Positions 1 through 8,972 are shown, numbered from the stretch's first letter. The stretch: DNA of 36,312 nucleotides from Thermoplasmata archaeon (GCA_003649695.1 QMSR01000001.1:1-36312), one strand, 5' to 3'. Notes: a model not told the origin generated them from the letters alone. A program made the numbers and translations.

Positions 1-339
1 ATATAAAAAGGTAGAGGGTTTTGGGTCCTCTACCTTCTTTTTTCTATTTCATTCAGTAGATCATAATCTTTTGAATCGTACTAACGCAATATTCTGCCAC
101 CACATTTTTTGCATAAATGGTTTTCCAGTATCCACGTTTTCTTTTTATTACTCATAATCCCATTTCCTTTCACTTTCCTCTATCCTTTTCCCAATGGCCT
201 TTCACAGTAGGAACCCAATGGTACCCATCTTCCATTTTGCAATAATTAAGATATTTATTGTATGCGACAACCGCGCAAATAAAAGCCGCGATTAGCACCA
301 AGGCAATAAAGCTCGCAATAACCTCTTTAAGTTCATCGC

Positions 340-543
340 TCATAACTCACTCTCCTTTCCGTAAATCTCATCAAGTTTTTCCAAGTCAAGTTCTTGCGAT
401 ATTCGTTTGCCGCAATACGGGCAATAAATAAAGCCTTTACGTGTCAATTCCCAGCTAACATTATGACCGCAAGATGTTTCTTTTTGCCAGCCTAAAAAAT
501 GACTTTTCCAAAGACAGGTTTTCATTTCATCCCTCAAAGACAA
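340..543 (-). CDS. Small hypothetical phage protein with zinc-ribbon motif (likely start MKTCLW)
   Basis: TSCGH...YCPYCGKRI motif, shared with 2284..2538. Confidence 0.6.
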   Translation of the reverse strand: MSLRDEMKTCLWKSHFLGWQKETSCGHNVSWELTRKGFIYCPYCGKRISQELDLEKLDEIYGKESEL

Positions 544-642
544 ACGCCTAAGAAAAAGGCTAGGATATTAATTATTGTTGCTGGGGTCATTATTCACTAA
601 AAAACTAACAAGAATTACAACAATACGTGTCTTCAACTGGCA

Positions 643-840
643 TTATTGCTCCTTTTTCTCAATCTCTATTAATTTATCTAGTTCTTGCTTTTCAAATCTT
701 CTTCGAGCCTTTGCTATTTGTTTTTTAGCAAATCTGGCAAAACCTTTTTTCGGATTGAAAAAAGTCTCGCTTCTCCAGTAGTACCAGCGCCCTTCCTGCT
801 TATTTATGGGCTTCATTTTCCCCCTCCGCTTTCGCTCCAC
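643..840 (-). CDS. Small basic hypothetical protein (probable start MKPINK)
   Basis: ORF in the co-oriented gene string; GGAGGGG precedes the internal ATG. Confidence 0.5.
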   Translation of the reverse strand: MERKRRGKMKPINKQEGRWYYWRSETFFNPKKGFARFAKKQIAKARRRFEKQELDKLIEIEKKEQ

Positions 841-897
841 ATTTTGGACAAGTAAAATAATCCCAAAACATTTTCCCTTTTCGTTTGTGTGGCATAA

Positions 898-1107
898 TTA
901 TCCCTCCAATACATCAATAAGTTCACCAATCTCAAACACCCGTGCATATACTTCTTCATCATCATCTGGGCCGCCACGATTCAAGACAATACAAACCTCG
1001 CCCTTAACGCCTTCTTCTAGATGTACGGTGTACTCATGAAATACATCTTGCAAATCTTTACGCCAGACTGTCATGTGTACGTCATTGCTCATCATCCCTC
1101 CTTTCAC
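898..1107 (-). CDS. Hypothetical protein (probable start MMSNDV)
   Basis: AAGGAGG precedes the internal ATG; tightly packed with neighbours. Confidence 0.55.
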   Translation of the reverse strand: MKGGMMSNDVHMTVWRKDLQDVFHEYTVHLEEGVKGEVCIVLNRGGPDDDEEVYARVFEIGELIDVLEG

Positions 1108-1259
1108 TATCTATGCTTAGCAGAAATTGAAACCGGCTTCTTTTATTTTTGTTCTTCCACCGTTTTCCAAACTCATCTAGCTCGTTTTTCATGTGTGATA
1201 TGAAGTCATCTATATGTACCATTTTCATTTTATATCCGTCACAAAAGCCCAGCGGATAA

Positions 1260-1472
1260 TTATTCTCTTTGTGATTTTGCCTTGGCAATTATGGTACGAC
1301 ACCTCGGACAAATATGTTTTACTTCCACATCGCCATAAGTCTTCTCTGGACGGAAATCCTCGTGTAGTTGTACCTTGACTTCAGTCCAATCAATCGGAAG
1401 CCATCTATCGCCACCACCTTCACCCTTCGTACCGCATAAGTCACAATAGTATAGTATTACTGTCTTTTTCAT
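1260..1472 (-). CDS. Small zinc-finger-like hypothetical protein
   Basis: YCDLCG...HICPRC; ATGA overlap with the upstream gene. Confidence 0.65.
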   Translation of the reverse strand: MKKTVILYYCDLCGTKGEGGGDRWLPIDWTEVKVQLHEDFRPEKTYGDVEVKHICPRCRTIIAKAKSQRE

Positions 1473-2287
1473 TCTTCGCCCTCCTTTTCCGCAACCTCAA
1501 GCCAGCGGTCGCCGTATTCTTGCTTCCACCGTTCAAGGATTTCTTTGCGACTGAATAGGCTGTCTTTCCAGTCGCCTTGCCAGTCTATTTCTTGAGTAAT
1601 AACTAAATACCTACCCCCGCACCAATTTTCAGCCATAGTCATAACAGGCTTTTTTTCGTGTATCTGCCATTCTCTACCCCCTGAATCCGTAATTTCCATG
1701 GCCACCCATCGGCCCAGTGGGATCCTGAGCGGATTGATGAGCGGCACGTCGCGCTTCTCACGTATCTTAACATATTCGGTATCAAGCAACTTCGCGGCAC
1801 CTTCTTTTGCGCAGGCGTCACAGCAGAAATAATACGTTTCTTCAATCGCCGCTTTCGGTATTGCCTTTTTACAATTCGCGCACGTAACCGTTTCATCCCA
1901 CGATTCCACTTCTGCTTCTAGCGCGGTGCAAGATTCGTTATCTTCCGGCTTCGGAAGCTCGCCCTTGTCATCCAATCGAAGGCGGTAACACTCTTTATCG
2001 TCCGCATAATCCTTGTTCTTACTTATTTGTGTAATCCAACTGGCTTTCCACGAAGGAATACGTGAATAATACTCAGCATCAGGATCAGCCTTGTGCGCCT
2101 CAACAAATTCATTCCAATCCCCGCCAGCATCAACCCATTGCTGTCCGGTGCACCATTCACCGGAGCCAGGGAGTTTACATGGCGTTGCCACCTTGTCAGT
2201 ATAACAGTATATTGACCCGCTATGCACGTGGACATACCGACCGGCCATCCCTTTCTTGATTTCTTTTCCACAATCATCACACTTCAT
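1469..2287 (-). CDS. Hypothetical Cys-rich multi-domain protein
   Basis: 272 aa; CDDC, CANC...FCCDAC (TRASH/YHS-like); ATGA overlaps. Confidence 0.7.
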   Translation of the reverse strand: MKCDDCGKEIKKGMAGRYVHVHSGSIYCYTDKVATPCKLPGSGEWCTGQQWVDAGGDWNEFVEAHKADPDAEYYSRIPSWKASWITQISKNKDYADDKECYRLRLDDKGELPKPEDNESCTALEAEVESWDETVTCANCKKAIPKAAIEETYYFCCDACAKEGAAKLLDTEYVKIREKRDVPLINPLRIPLGRWVAMEITDSGGREWQIHEKKPVMTMAENWCGGRYLVITQEIDWQGDWKDSLFSRKEILERWKQEYGDRWLEVAEKEGEE

Positions 2288-2538
2288 CTTCTCTCCTTTA
2301 TCTTAATCCGCTTACCACACCATGGACAGAATTTGTACTCAAAGAACGTATAATTATGACATGATGTTTTTGCCAAACCACCTTCGGTAACTAACCATTC
2401 ACACACCCCACGGTCACGCTTTCCCTTCTGATACGCTTTCCAAGAGATTTGGACAACGTCATAATAACCCCAACCAGTAAAAGGCATGGGGTATGTGCGC
2501 CTGCGCATAAAATCCCAAAACCATTGCGGTATTTTCAC
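2284..2538 (-). CDS. Hypothetical protein with C-terminal zinc ribbon
   Basis: CEW...TSCHN...FCPWCGKRI; ATGA overlap. Confidence 0.65.
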   Translation of the reverse strand: MKIPQWFWDFMRRRTYPMPFTGWGYYDVVQISWKAYQKGKRDRGVCEWLVTEGGLAKTSCHNYTFFEYKFCPWCGKRIKIKERR

Positions 2539-2738
2539 ATCTTCCTCCTGTTTGCTATTTCAAAAAAAGCATCAAGCCGAATTACCTTTGCAGGTTTGTA
2601 ACCATCACAAAATCCAAGCGGATTCGCCGTGCCTTTCAATACTTTGCAGGTCAACTTTTTCCTATCGTATTCACTAAACTTACAAGTCCCGCAACACTGA
2701 ATCATTTTAATCCTTCCTTTGTCTAAAATATCTATCAA
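2535..2738 (-). CDS. Small Cys-rich hypothetical protein
   Basis: CCGTC...C...GFCDGY. Confidence 0.55.
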   Translation of the reverse strand: MIDILDKGRIKMIQCCGTCKFSEYDRKKLTCKVLKGTANPLGFCDGYKPAKVIRLDAFFEIANRRKM

Positions 2739-2977
2739 TCGCCATCCGTACCTGTCTCAGCCATCGCCTCATTGACAATGGCTCGTTCCGCTTCAGCTCT
2801 GGTGTTATAGAGACCTAGATATTTGGGGAAAAATAAATCATCACTGAAATGGTATGCGGCATATTCCTCAGTCAAAACAGAGACAGACTCAATTCTCCCA
2901 ATCAACTTGTCTTCACCATCTACCTCAGCTGAAACTGCCCAATCAGTTCTCACGACCTTCAATTTTATCTTCATCAT
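2735..2977 (-). CDS. Hypothetical protein
   Basis: GAGGAGG RBS; overlaps neighbours. Confidence 0.65.
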   Translation of the reverse strand: MMKIKLKVVRTDWAVSAEVDGEDKLIGRIESVSVLTEEYAAYHFSDDLFFPKYLGLYNTRAEAERAIVNEAMAETGTDGD

Positions 2978-3177
2978 ACCTCCTCAATAGTCAGACGAGC
3001 CACCCTCAAAATCTGATGCTCTTTGGCCCAATAGGGATGCCTTCTGTCAAACATCTGAGCCTTCTCCATAGCGTATGCCGCAAGACCTGATATGGAGGAG
3101 ACATCAAGATATTCGCCACCTCCGGTCTGCCTTCTGACAACTCCATAGACCCTGTCCAAGATTTTTTCCTGTTCCAT
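2974..3177 (-). CDS. Hypothetical protein
   Basis: AGGAG RBS; ATGA overlap. Confidence 0.65.
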   Translation of the reverse strand: MEQEKILDRVYGVVRRQTGGGEYLDVSSISGLAAYAMEKAQMFDRRHPYWAKEHQILRVARLTIEEV

Positions 3178-3187
3178 TTCTTTCTCC

Positions 3188-4024
3188 TTATTCCTTATTA
3201 TCAGACTGAATTATTGACGCCCGGCTGGGACGCTTGCCAAATGCGAAATATTTGTCCCTGTCGCTCCTGGTCAATGTGGCAGTGAATTGGATCATATCAC
3301 CTACACGCACATCACAACTGATTGCCTGAGGAATGGTGCACCATACCCTCCACCCAGCCTCAGACCTGACCATCATTTTCCAGACCGTCTCATTGAAATA
3401 TCCTTCCTTTGCCTTGATGGCGAGGACTTCACCTGTGACTGTGACTTTGCCTTCTGGTGCAGATTCAGAAGGCTCTTGGATTTCTTCTGCGGGCTCCGGG
3501 TTCTTCACCTGCTCAATCAGCTTCTTGGCGAACTTTATTTGTTTTTCAGTCAGGGTGCCATACTGATTGAGCCTGTTCCACATATCAGCGAGGATGGGGT
3601 GTCCGAACCGTGCGCATTCCATACACGGAATTCCCACCTCTTTGGTGAGCTGCCTTGCATTGATCAGCATCTGCGCTCGTTTTCTCGCGGCCGCACACAA
3701 GTCTCTGGTTTTGCGAAAGGCTTGCTCATCACCCATGCTCAAATTACTTGCACAATCAAAACCAGTTTTGATTATTTGTCCGGTAGGTACATGTAAAAAA
3801 TAGGCGAGGTGGGATGCCCATGCTCCGCAGATGTGACAGGTCCCACCATGTTCATGCTGAGAAAAGGTGTGCCCACCGTCTCTTATGAATGTATGGAGAC
3901 TGGCTCGTCTTCGCGCAATCTCCATTGATGCGAATGGATCACCATAGTCATTCCCAGGAATGGCAATGATAAACATATATTCCTCAGGTTTGATATTCTT
4001 GGGGCAATGTATGTCAGTTCTCAT
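3188..4024 (-). CDS. Phage protein with Zn-binding N-terminus and C-terminal OB-fold-like domain (possible ssDNA binding)
   Basis: HGGTCHICG...GFDC; C-terminal VTVTGEVLAIK...VGDMIQFTATL beta pattern. Confidence 0.6.
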   Translation of the reverse strand: MRTDIHCPKNIKPEEYMFIIAIPGNDYGDPFASMEIARRRASLHTFIRDGGHTFSQHEHGGTCHICGAWASHLAYFLHVPTGQIIKTGFDCASNLSMGDEQAFRKTRDLCAAARKRAQMLINARQLTKEVGIPCMECARFGHPILADMWNRLNQYGTLTEKQIKFAKKLIEQVKNPEPAEEIQEPSESAPEGKVTVTGEVLAIKAKEGYFNETVWKMMVRSEAGWRVWCTIPQAISCDVRVGDMIQFTATLTRSDRDKYFAFGKRPSRASIIQSDNKE

Positions 4025-4380
4025 TTTTCTTCCTCCTCATACATCATCGGCATGCGAAACCGGTGATTCTCCCGAAAATGACACTTCACCGCCCACCAAT
4101 CATTTCTGTTCTGGCTCTTCAGAAATGTGGTGATGAGCCTCCTGAGAGTCTTGTCCTCATACATTGTTCTCAACTCAATCACCTCCTGCATCGGACACAA
4201 CTGACCCCAGTCAGCACCAGTGAGCCGCTGTTTCTCCGTGACAAGTCTGCTCTGCGCAATGAGCCTCACCGAATTGCCTTCAAAAATAAGCTCACATTCG
4301 TAAGGGAGCTTTGATTTCACCACCATCCCAACTTTGCCATTGTCAACATGCACACACCTCTCCAATTTGTACTCTCTCAT
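4021..4380 (-). CDS. Hypothetical early protein
   Basis: TTTTACAAGGAGAA RBS motif upstream. Confidence 0.7.
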   Translation of the reverse strand: MREYKLERCVHVDNGKVGMVVKSKLPYECELIFEGNSVRLIAQSRLVTEKQRLTGADWGQLCPMQEVIELRTMYEDKTLRRLITTFLKSQNRNDWWAVKCHFRENHRFRMPMMYEEEEK

Positions 4381-4418
4381 CGTCTTCTCCTTGTAAAAGT
4401 AAAAATGACTATAAAATC

Positions 4419-4628
4419 TTATGCGCCTTTGATTTCTGCATACGTTTTGAGAATCTTCCTCTCAAGATCATCCGACATCCCATATCCTGTAAAACGAGAA
4501 TACCCTCCCTCAGAATGCACTCTATGAATCCATTTGCCTGTACGCTTGCATATGCTTCCACTTTCAATCATTTTGTTGACCAGGTCCTTGACATCTTCTG
4601 TTATGATAATCTCTTTCGCTGTCTTCAT
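4419..4628 (-). CDS. Hypothetical early protein (start MKTAKE)
   Basis: First gene after the repeated promoter; same RBS motif. Confidence 0.7.
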   Translation of the reverse strand: MKTAKEIIITEDVKDLVNKMIESGSICKRTGKWIHRVHSEGGYSRFTGYGMSDDLERKILKTYAEIKGA

Positions 4629-4632
4629 CTTT

Positions 4633-4787
4633 TTCTCCTTGTAAAACAAAACATAAGCAATAACTACATTGTTATATTACTATAACACATTGCATAAAGC
4701 AAATAAAAAATTCAATTATTTTTGATTATTTTTTGGTGGAATGGTTTGATGCTAGAAAATAGGCTATTTTTCAATCATAATTTTTTG
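4633..4787. repeat. Copy 1 of a ~155 bp imperfect direct repeat (copy 2 at ~30098-30271)
   Basis: aaaacataagcaat.actacattgttatattactataacacattgcataaagcaaat...gattatttttt...aatggtttga...caatcataattttttg aligns by eye. Confidence 0.95.
4674..4702 (-). promoter_or_regulatory. Sigma70-type early promoter
   Basis: TTGCTT-17 bp-TAATAT with AT-rich upstream region; duplicated at 30158-30186. Confidence 0.75.
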
Positions 4788-5050
4788 AAGATTCTTATTT
4801 TTCTCTTCTTTTTCAACCTGCGCTCCCGCCTTTTCTCCTCCCTCTTCTGCCTTCTCACCATCCATTCTGCGTCTACCTTATGGTATTTGCACCTGCGAAA
4901 GAATGATTGAGTAGACAGATATCGCCTTTGAGATTCTTCAGACATCGCCTCTTCTGCCAGATCCAATATTCTGTCCCATCCTTCCCCTTCTGAAGACTCC
5001 AACCATTTCTCCGGTGGGATTGGCCATCCTCTATATTGTGATCTCTTCAT
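4775..5050 (-). CDS. Hypothetical basic protein
   Basis: ATGA overlap with the Rad50 C-half; R/K-rich tail. Confidence 0.6.
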   Translation of the reverse strand: MKRSQYRGWPIPPEKWLESSEGEGWDRILDLAEEAMSEESQRRYLSTQSFFRRCKYHKVDAEWMVRRQKREEKRRERRLKKKRKIRIFKKL

Positions 5051-5616
5051 GATAGCTGAATTACCTTGCCTGTCTTGAGTTCATCGATGTGTGTCACAAA
5101 AATGAATTGCACTCCCATCTCAGTAGACAATGTCTGCAACAGGCTCACAATATTTTCCCGATATTCCTCACTCACAAATTTGAATGGCTCGTCCAGAATC
5201 AGAACCTTGCGTAGAGGTGGCGAGGACAACATAAGACATGCAAGCCTCAAAGCAAATGCAGCGACGTCTATCACCCCACCACCACTTGCGGTCATTGGGT
5301 CCACCTCAAGCCCCTCACGCTCAAATGACAGGCGAGCTTCTGTCCTGCCTCGTTTGCGCTCAAAATGGATAATGAATTTGTAGGGCTGATCAAATACAGT
5401 CTCTAGGCATCTGCTCACCACCCCTGCAATCTGTGAATGAGCCTGCTGCTGCACTTGTTGAGCGACATCTTGCGTAAGAGTCCGAGCGTCATTTAGATTG
5501 CTGATCTGCGCATTGATCGCAGCGAGAGCCTGCTTCTCAGCCCGATATGTCTTGCAGACAGCTCTATACTCAGCCATCTTCCGATCAATCGTCTTTCGTA
5601 TCTGTGTCAAATTCAT
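5047..5616 (-). CDS. SbcC/Rad50/gp46-like ABC ATPase, C-terminal half
   Basis: Coiled coil, then signature ASGGG, Walker B VLILDEPF, H-loop FVTH. Confidence 0.9.
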   Translation of the reverse strand: MNLTQIRKTIDRKMAEYRAVCKTYRAEKQALAAINAQISNLNDARTLTQDVAQQVQQQAHSQIAGVVSRCLETVFDQPYKFIIHFERKRGRTEARLSFEREGLEVDPMTASGGGVIDVAAFALRLACLMLSSPPLRKVLILDEPFKFVSEEYRENIVSLLQTLSTEMGVQFIFVTHIDELKTGKVIQLS

Positions 5617-5627
5617 AAGACCCTTTC

Positions 5628-5709
5628 AAAAACGAATGGCGCCAGCCGGTCTGTTCATAACCGCGATCCTTCCATAGGTTGAGAGCCGTCTAGGATACTG
5701 ACGCCATCC
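5628..5709 (-). terminator. Long branched stem-loop followed by U-tract (terminator or structured RNA)
   Basis: GAUGGCGUCAGU...GCUGGCGCCAUU then CGUUUUU. Confidence 0.5.
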
Positions 5710-5744
5710 AGAAATCAAACTTGCACCATTCAAGCAATATGTCA

Positions 5745-5951
5745 TCATGTCTGCATGCAGCACCTTTTGAACCGGCGGCCGCTGCCACATGGACATTTGG
5801 AATTTCTGCCAAGCACCATCCGCCCCATCTTCCGCAATCTCTTCTGATTCTCCTTAGATAGGCCATTGAGAGATTGCGGAATAAATCGTTGACCAGGACT
5901 GATGCTGAAACCTCTTTGCTGTTTGGGTGCTTCATCCTTTTTGTCCATCAT
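5745..5951 (-). CDS. SEC-C motif (SecA C-terminal metal-binding) protein
   Basis: GRNSKCPCGSGRRFKRCC. Confidence 0.85.
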   Translation of the reverse strand: MMDKKDEAPKQQRGFSISPGQRFIPQSLNGLSKENQKRLRKMGRMVLGRNSKCPCGSGRRFKRCCMQT

Positions 5952-6376
5952 TTCTCCTTATTTTCTTTCCAACTCTCCATCCTGAATTTCCCTCGCATGC
6001 GCACTCGTTCGACGTCATGCTCCTGAGTCAGGAATGCTCTGCCTGTTGTGCTCCTGACTCTACGGATCATTTTTCCATCTTCATCAAATTCATGAATGAT
6101 TGGGTTTACCAGGTCAACGTATCCTTTATTAGAATACCAATCAGCACTATCAGCGAAGATGATGCTCTTGGCATGTCCAGTGGGGTAGAAGGTAGTGAGT
6201 ATTATTTTTTCATACCTGTCGGGCTCGCGTTCACGTTTCTTGCTGGCGATGGCGTCAGCCTTCTCAGGAGCCTCACCGAATTTGATAGATCCTTCGTGAA
6301 TGTAAGGACCAAGGCCCACACCCACAATAATTCCACTGAGCAAGAAGATAAGAAGGTGAATTCCTCGGCTTTTCAT
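5948..6376 (-). CDS. Single-pass membrane protein resembling LptC beta-jellyroll
   Basis: N-terminal TM helix; IFADSADWY...VDLVNPIIHEFDEDGK...TTGRA...VRMRG pattern. Confidence 0.55.
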   Translation of the reverse strand: MKSRGIHLLIFLLSGIIVGVGLGPYIHEGSIKFGEAPEKADAIASKKREREPDRYEKIILTTFYPTGHAKSIIFADSADWYSNKGYVDLVNPIIHEFDEDGKMIRRVRSTTGRAFLTQEHDVERVRMRGKFRMESWKENKEK

Positions 6377-6600
6377 TTTCTCTCCGATCTCTGAGCAATC
6401 TGCTTGCTGTCTCCAGGGACATGTACTGCCACCACTATCACCTCACATCCTTCCGGTAATGTCAGCTCTACTACATCATCACCGTGCTTTGCGTAGGTCG
6501 TGACTGATTGAAGAATGCGAAATCGTTCACCTGCACTCTGTGATTCACTACAACCACACAACCACAAGACCAGCATCATAGCGACAAATATTTTCATCAT
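6373..6600 (-). CDS. Putative lipoprotein
   Basis: Signal peptide MKIFVAMMLVLW with lipobox LCG-C. Confidence 0.7.
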   Translation of the reverse strand: MMKIFVAMMLVLWLCGCSESQSAGERFRILQSVTTYAKHGDDVVELTLPEGCEVIVVAVHVPGDSKQIAQRSERK

Positions 6601-6606
6601 ATCTCC

Positions 6607-6816
6607 TCAACCTTCAACATGAATGCAAACACTATTAGGAAAACACTGTAAAATGATTCGATTATCCATGCCCTTGGCCTTGGATTCATAGAAGGCAGGA
6701 CACCAATTGCCGCACAAAGATTCATCAGTTCTATGAGGACATCTCTTGGGGATGTATGTGTGCTGACTATTGTGCAAAGCAATCCCCGCCTGCTGAAAAC
6801 TATTATACGTCATCAT
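6607..6816 (-). CDS. Small Cys-containing hypothetical protein
   Basis: ATGA overlap with upstream gene; CP...CGNWCPAF. Confidence 0.55.
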   Translation of the reverse strand: MMTYNSFQQAGIALHNSQHTYIPKRCPHRTDESLCGNWCPAFYESKAKGMDNRIILQCFPNSVCIHVEG

Positions 6817-7097
6817 TCTAATTCATCCCCCCATTTATCCAAAAATTCATCCAATGCCTTATCAAATTTCTTCTTCAGAGCTGCTTCCTTCTTCTCCAGT
6901 GTCTTGAGCATTGTTTTGGCTTCTGATATATTATCACAACCAAATTCGGCATGAAGAGATTTCATAGCCTCCTCCAATGCTCCGGCAGCCTTATCCGCTT
7001 CAGTCTGCCTCTTCTCCACCAATCTTTTCAACCTGGTAAGATCATCAATATTAGCCACGTCCCAAAGCCTCCAAAATGATTCTACGAATGTCATCAC
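6813..7097 (-). CDS. Short coiled-coil protein in the Rad50/Mre11 cluster
   Basis: Helical heptads flanking EFGCD; GGAGG before GTG (VANIDD) suggests a later start. Confidence 0.75.
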   Translation of the reverse strand: MMTFVESFWRLWDVANIDDLTRLKRLVEKRQTEADKAAGALEEAMKSLHAEFGCDNISEAKTMLKTLEKKEAALKKKFDKALDEFLDKWGDELE

Positions 7098-8052
7098 TGA
7101 CGACCCGCTTGGTCATTGCGTACTCGATCGCTTGCACAAAATCAAACCGAGTCTTCTCCAACTCACCAAGCCCTCTTACAAAATCCTTCATATCCCATAA
7201 TTCCATACTTTTCTTCGTACCATTGCAGTCTTCTTCTTTCCGCTCAAATTTATCACAATTGGTGTTCAGCTTGTGTGTGATGATATTGCCTGAACGACAT
7301 AACAATCCCACCTGAGGCTCATATTCTGCTTCATCCGTTTTCCGCCTCATGAGAGTTCCACAATTCAAGACCATCACCCCACCAACCACTGTCATAAATC
7401 CTCTATGGTTGTCCCCGAATATCACTGCATCATATCCTTTCACTCGGTCCAGATATTTACGAGATTCATGTTCTCGTGGTGCTCCTGGAAAGCAATGCCC
7501 ATCAACCCAGAAATAATCATGGACGAGTGCCACTTGCATTTTTTTGGATGCACTGTCTTTCAGCGGCCGTATTGGTTTGCCCCATGGAAATCCATGCACC
7601 ACCACATCCTCAGATATCATCGTGGCGACGCCATGAATGACAGGTTCTATCACCTGAGCCAGAACAAGAGTCCAATATGCTGACCTCTTCATCAACTCCA
7701 AATTATGCAGAGGTAGGTCATGCTGTCCTGGAATGGCATACATGCGAGGGAGATGATTGATGGCGAAATTGACCAACTCAGGTTCCGCTCTCCAATGATC
7801 AAACACATCTCCCGCACATAAGACCGGGACATCATAATGACTGGCAAGAGCACCAATCTCATTCAATGGCCGAGCCATCGCCTCAAACCAATCCGGCTCA
7901 TGTCTGCGAGCACGAGGTGGGCGTAATGTCAGATGGATGTCCGCACATACTATCGCGACGACTCTATCCTTGTCCCGCATAAGGGACAGGTCTCGCCTAG
8001 TCTCTCGTGAAATTTTGTTCTTGCCTGCTCCATAGACTCTTCTTTTTGGCAT
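7051..8052 (-). CDS. SbcD/Mre11/gp47-like metallophosphoesterase nuclease (alternative start 7980)
   Basis: ADIH, AGDVFD, PGQHD, LVHD, FGDNH motifs. Confidence 0.9.
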   Translation of the reverse strand: MPKRRVYGAGKNKISRETRRDLSLMRDKDRVVAIVCADIHLTLRPPRARRHEPDWFEAMARPLNEIGALASHYDVPVLCAGDVFDHWRAEPELVNFAINHLPRMYAIPGQHDLPLHNLELMKRSAYWTLVLAQVIEPVIHGVATMISEDVVVHGFPWGKPIRPLKDSASKKMQVALVHDYFWVDGHCFPGAPREHESRKYLDRVKGYDAVIFGDNHRGFMTVVGGVMVLNCGTLMRRKTDEAEYEPQVGLLCRSGNIITHKLNTNCDKFERKEEDCNGTKKSMELWDMKDFVRGLGELEKTRFDFVQAIEYAMTKRVVSDDIRRIILEALGRG

Positions 8053-8972
8053 ACCTCCTCCTTTAGACCTTGAATGTCATCAAGCATCATCGTCAATCGA
8101 TCCCTCTCTGCTGCAACGGCACCCCAATCATCTGCGACCTTCTCAATCGTGACTAGGGATGGGACTGGAGCTTGAGCGATCTTCCGTAATTCTCGGATAT
8201 ACCCTACCTGATCACATAATTCTTTCTTCTTTTTCTGGGCTTCTTGCCATTCTATACCCGCATTCACTACGATCTCGCCACTGATCAACCATTCTCTCGC
8301 ATTCTTTTCAGTTCTTCTGTGTGATACTGCTCTCTCCAAAACAGAACGCAAGACAGACGCTCTCTGCAAAACCTCAGAATAATCAGTCTCAATAGCACAT
8401 ACCTTTTCAAAATCCTTGTCCATCTCTAATACATGCCGCAACCGAGATCGCTCCTCCTTGCTCTCTCGAACTCTATCTCCCACCACCTCCATCTCTACCT
8501 TGGCTTTGCGTGAAGCAGATGCCAGATTCGCCAGAGTGGTGTCTATGATTCCAAGATCAATTATCCGGTTCAGCTGCCTGCTCACCTCACCTGCAGTCTC
8601 ACTGAACCAGTATGGACTGTCGTGCTGCCCTTGAAAATTGACTGTATCCATATTGAATGCCTGAGACACATCGGGAGGGACATCATTCCCAAAGGCCTCA
8701 AGAATGACATCTCCAACCTCATATAAATTCTCTTTCCCTCTCACCCGGATGATAGATGTGTCATCCACCTCAACCGTAACAATAGCTTCCCGAGCGCCAT
8801 CACGAATAAAAGCTTCACCAGATGGTCTATTTGTCACTACCCATTTCAGAGCCCGGATGATAGATGACTTACCTGTATCACTCGGACCGATAATGGATGT
8901 GATTCCAGGAGCAAATTCAATGGACAATTCCTTATGAGCCTGGAAATTCTCAATTGTCAATGATTTGATCAT
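7950..8972 (-). CDS. SbcC/Rad50/gp46-like ABC ATPase, N-terminal half ending in zinc hook
   Basis: IENFQAH, Walker A GPSDTGKS, Q-loop FQGQ, coiled coil, terminal CPLCG. Confidence 0.92.
   Translation of the reverse strand: MIKSLTIENFQAHKELSIEFAPGITSIIGPSDTGKSSIIRALKWVVTNRPSGEAFIRDGAREAIVTVEVDDTSIIRVRGKENLYEVGDVILEAFGNDVPPDVSQAFNMDTVNFQGQHDSPYWFSETAGEVSRQLNRIIDLGIIDTTLANLASASRKAKVEMEVVGDRVRESKEERSRLRHVLEMDKDFEKVCAIETDYSEVLQRASVLRSVLERAVSHRRTEKNAREWLISGEIVVNAGIEWQEAQKKKKELCDQVGYIRELRKIAQAPVPSLVTIEKVADDWGAVAAERDRLTMMLDDIQGLKEEVCQKEESMEQARTKFHERLGETCPLCGTRIESSR

Noticed and set aside
540..645. Stop-codon reassignment suggested by in-frame TAG in MPVEDTYCCNSC*FL
   Set aside because: TAG ends well-defined genes (e.g. 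35091, 30365, 23815) and long genes are uninterrupted under the standard code
6597..6782. Hydrophobic 61 aa minus-strand ORF
   Set aside because: Overlaps 6607..6816, which has better start coupling
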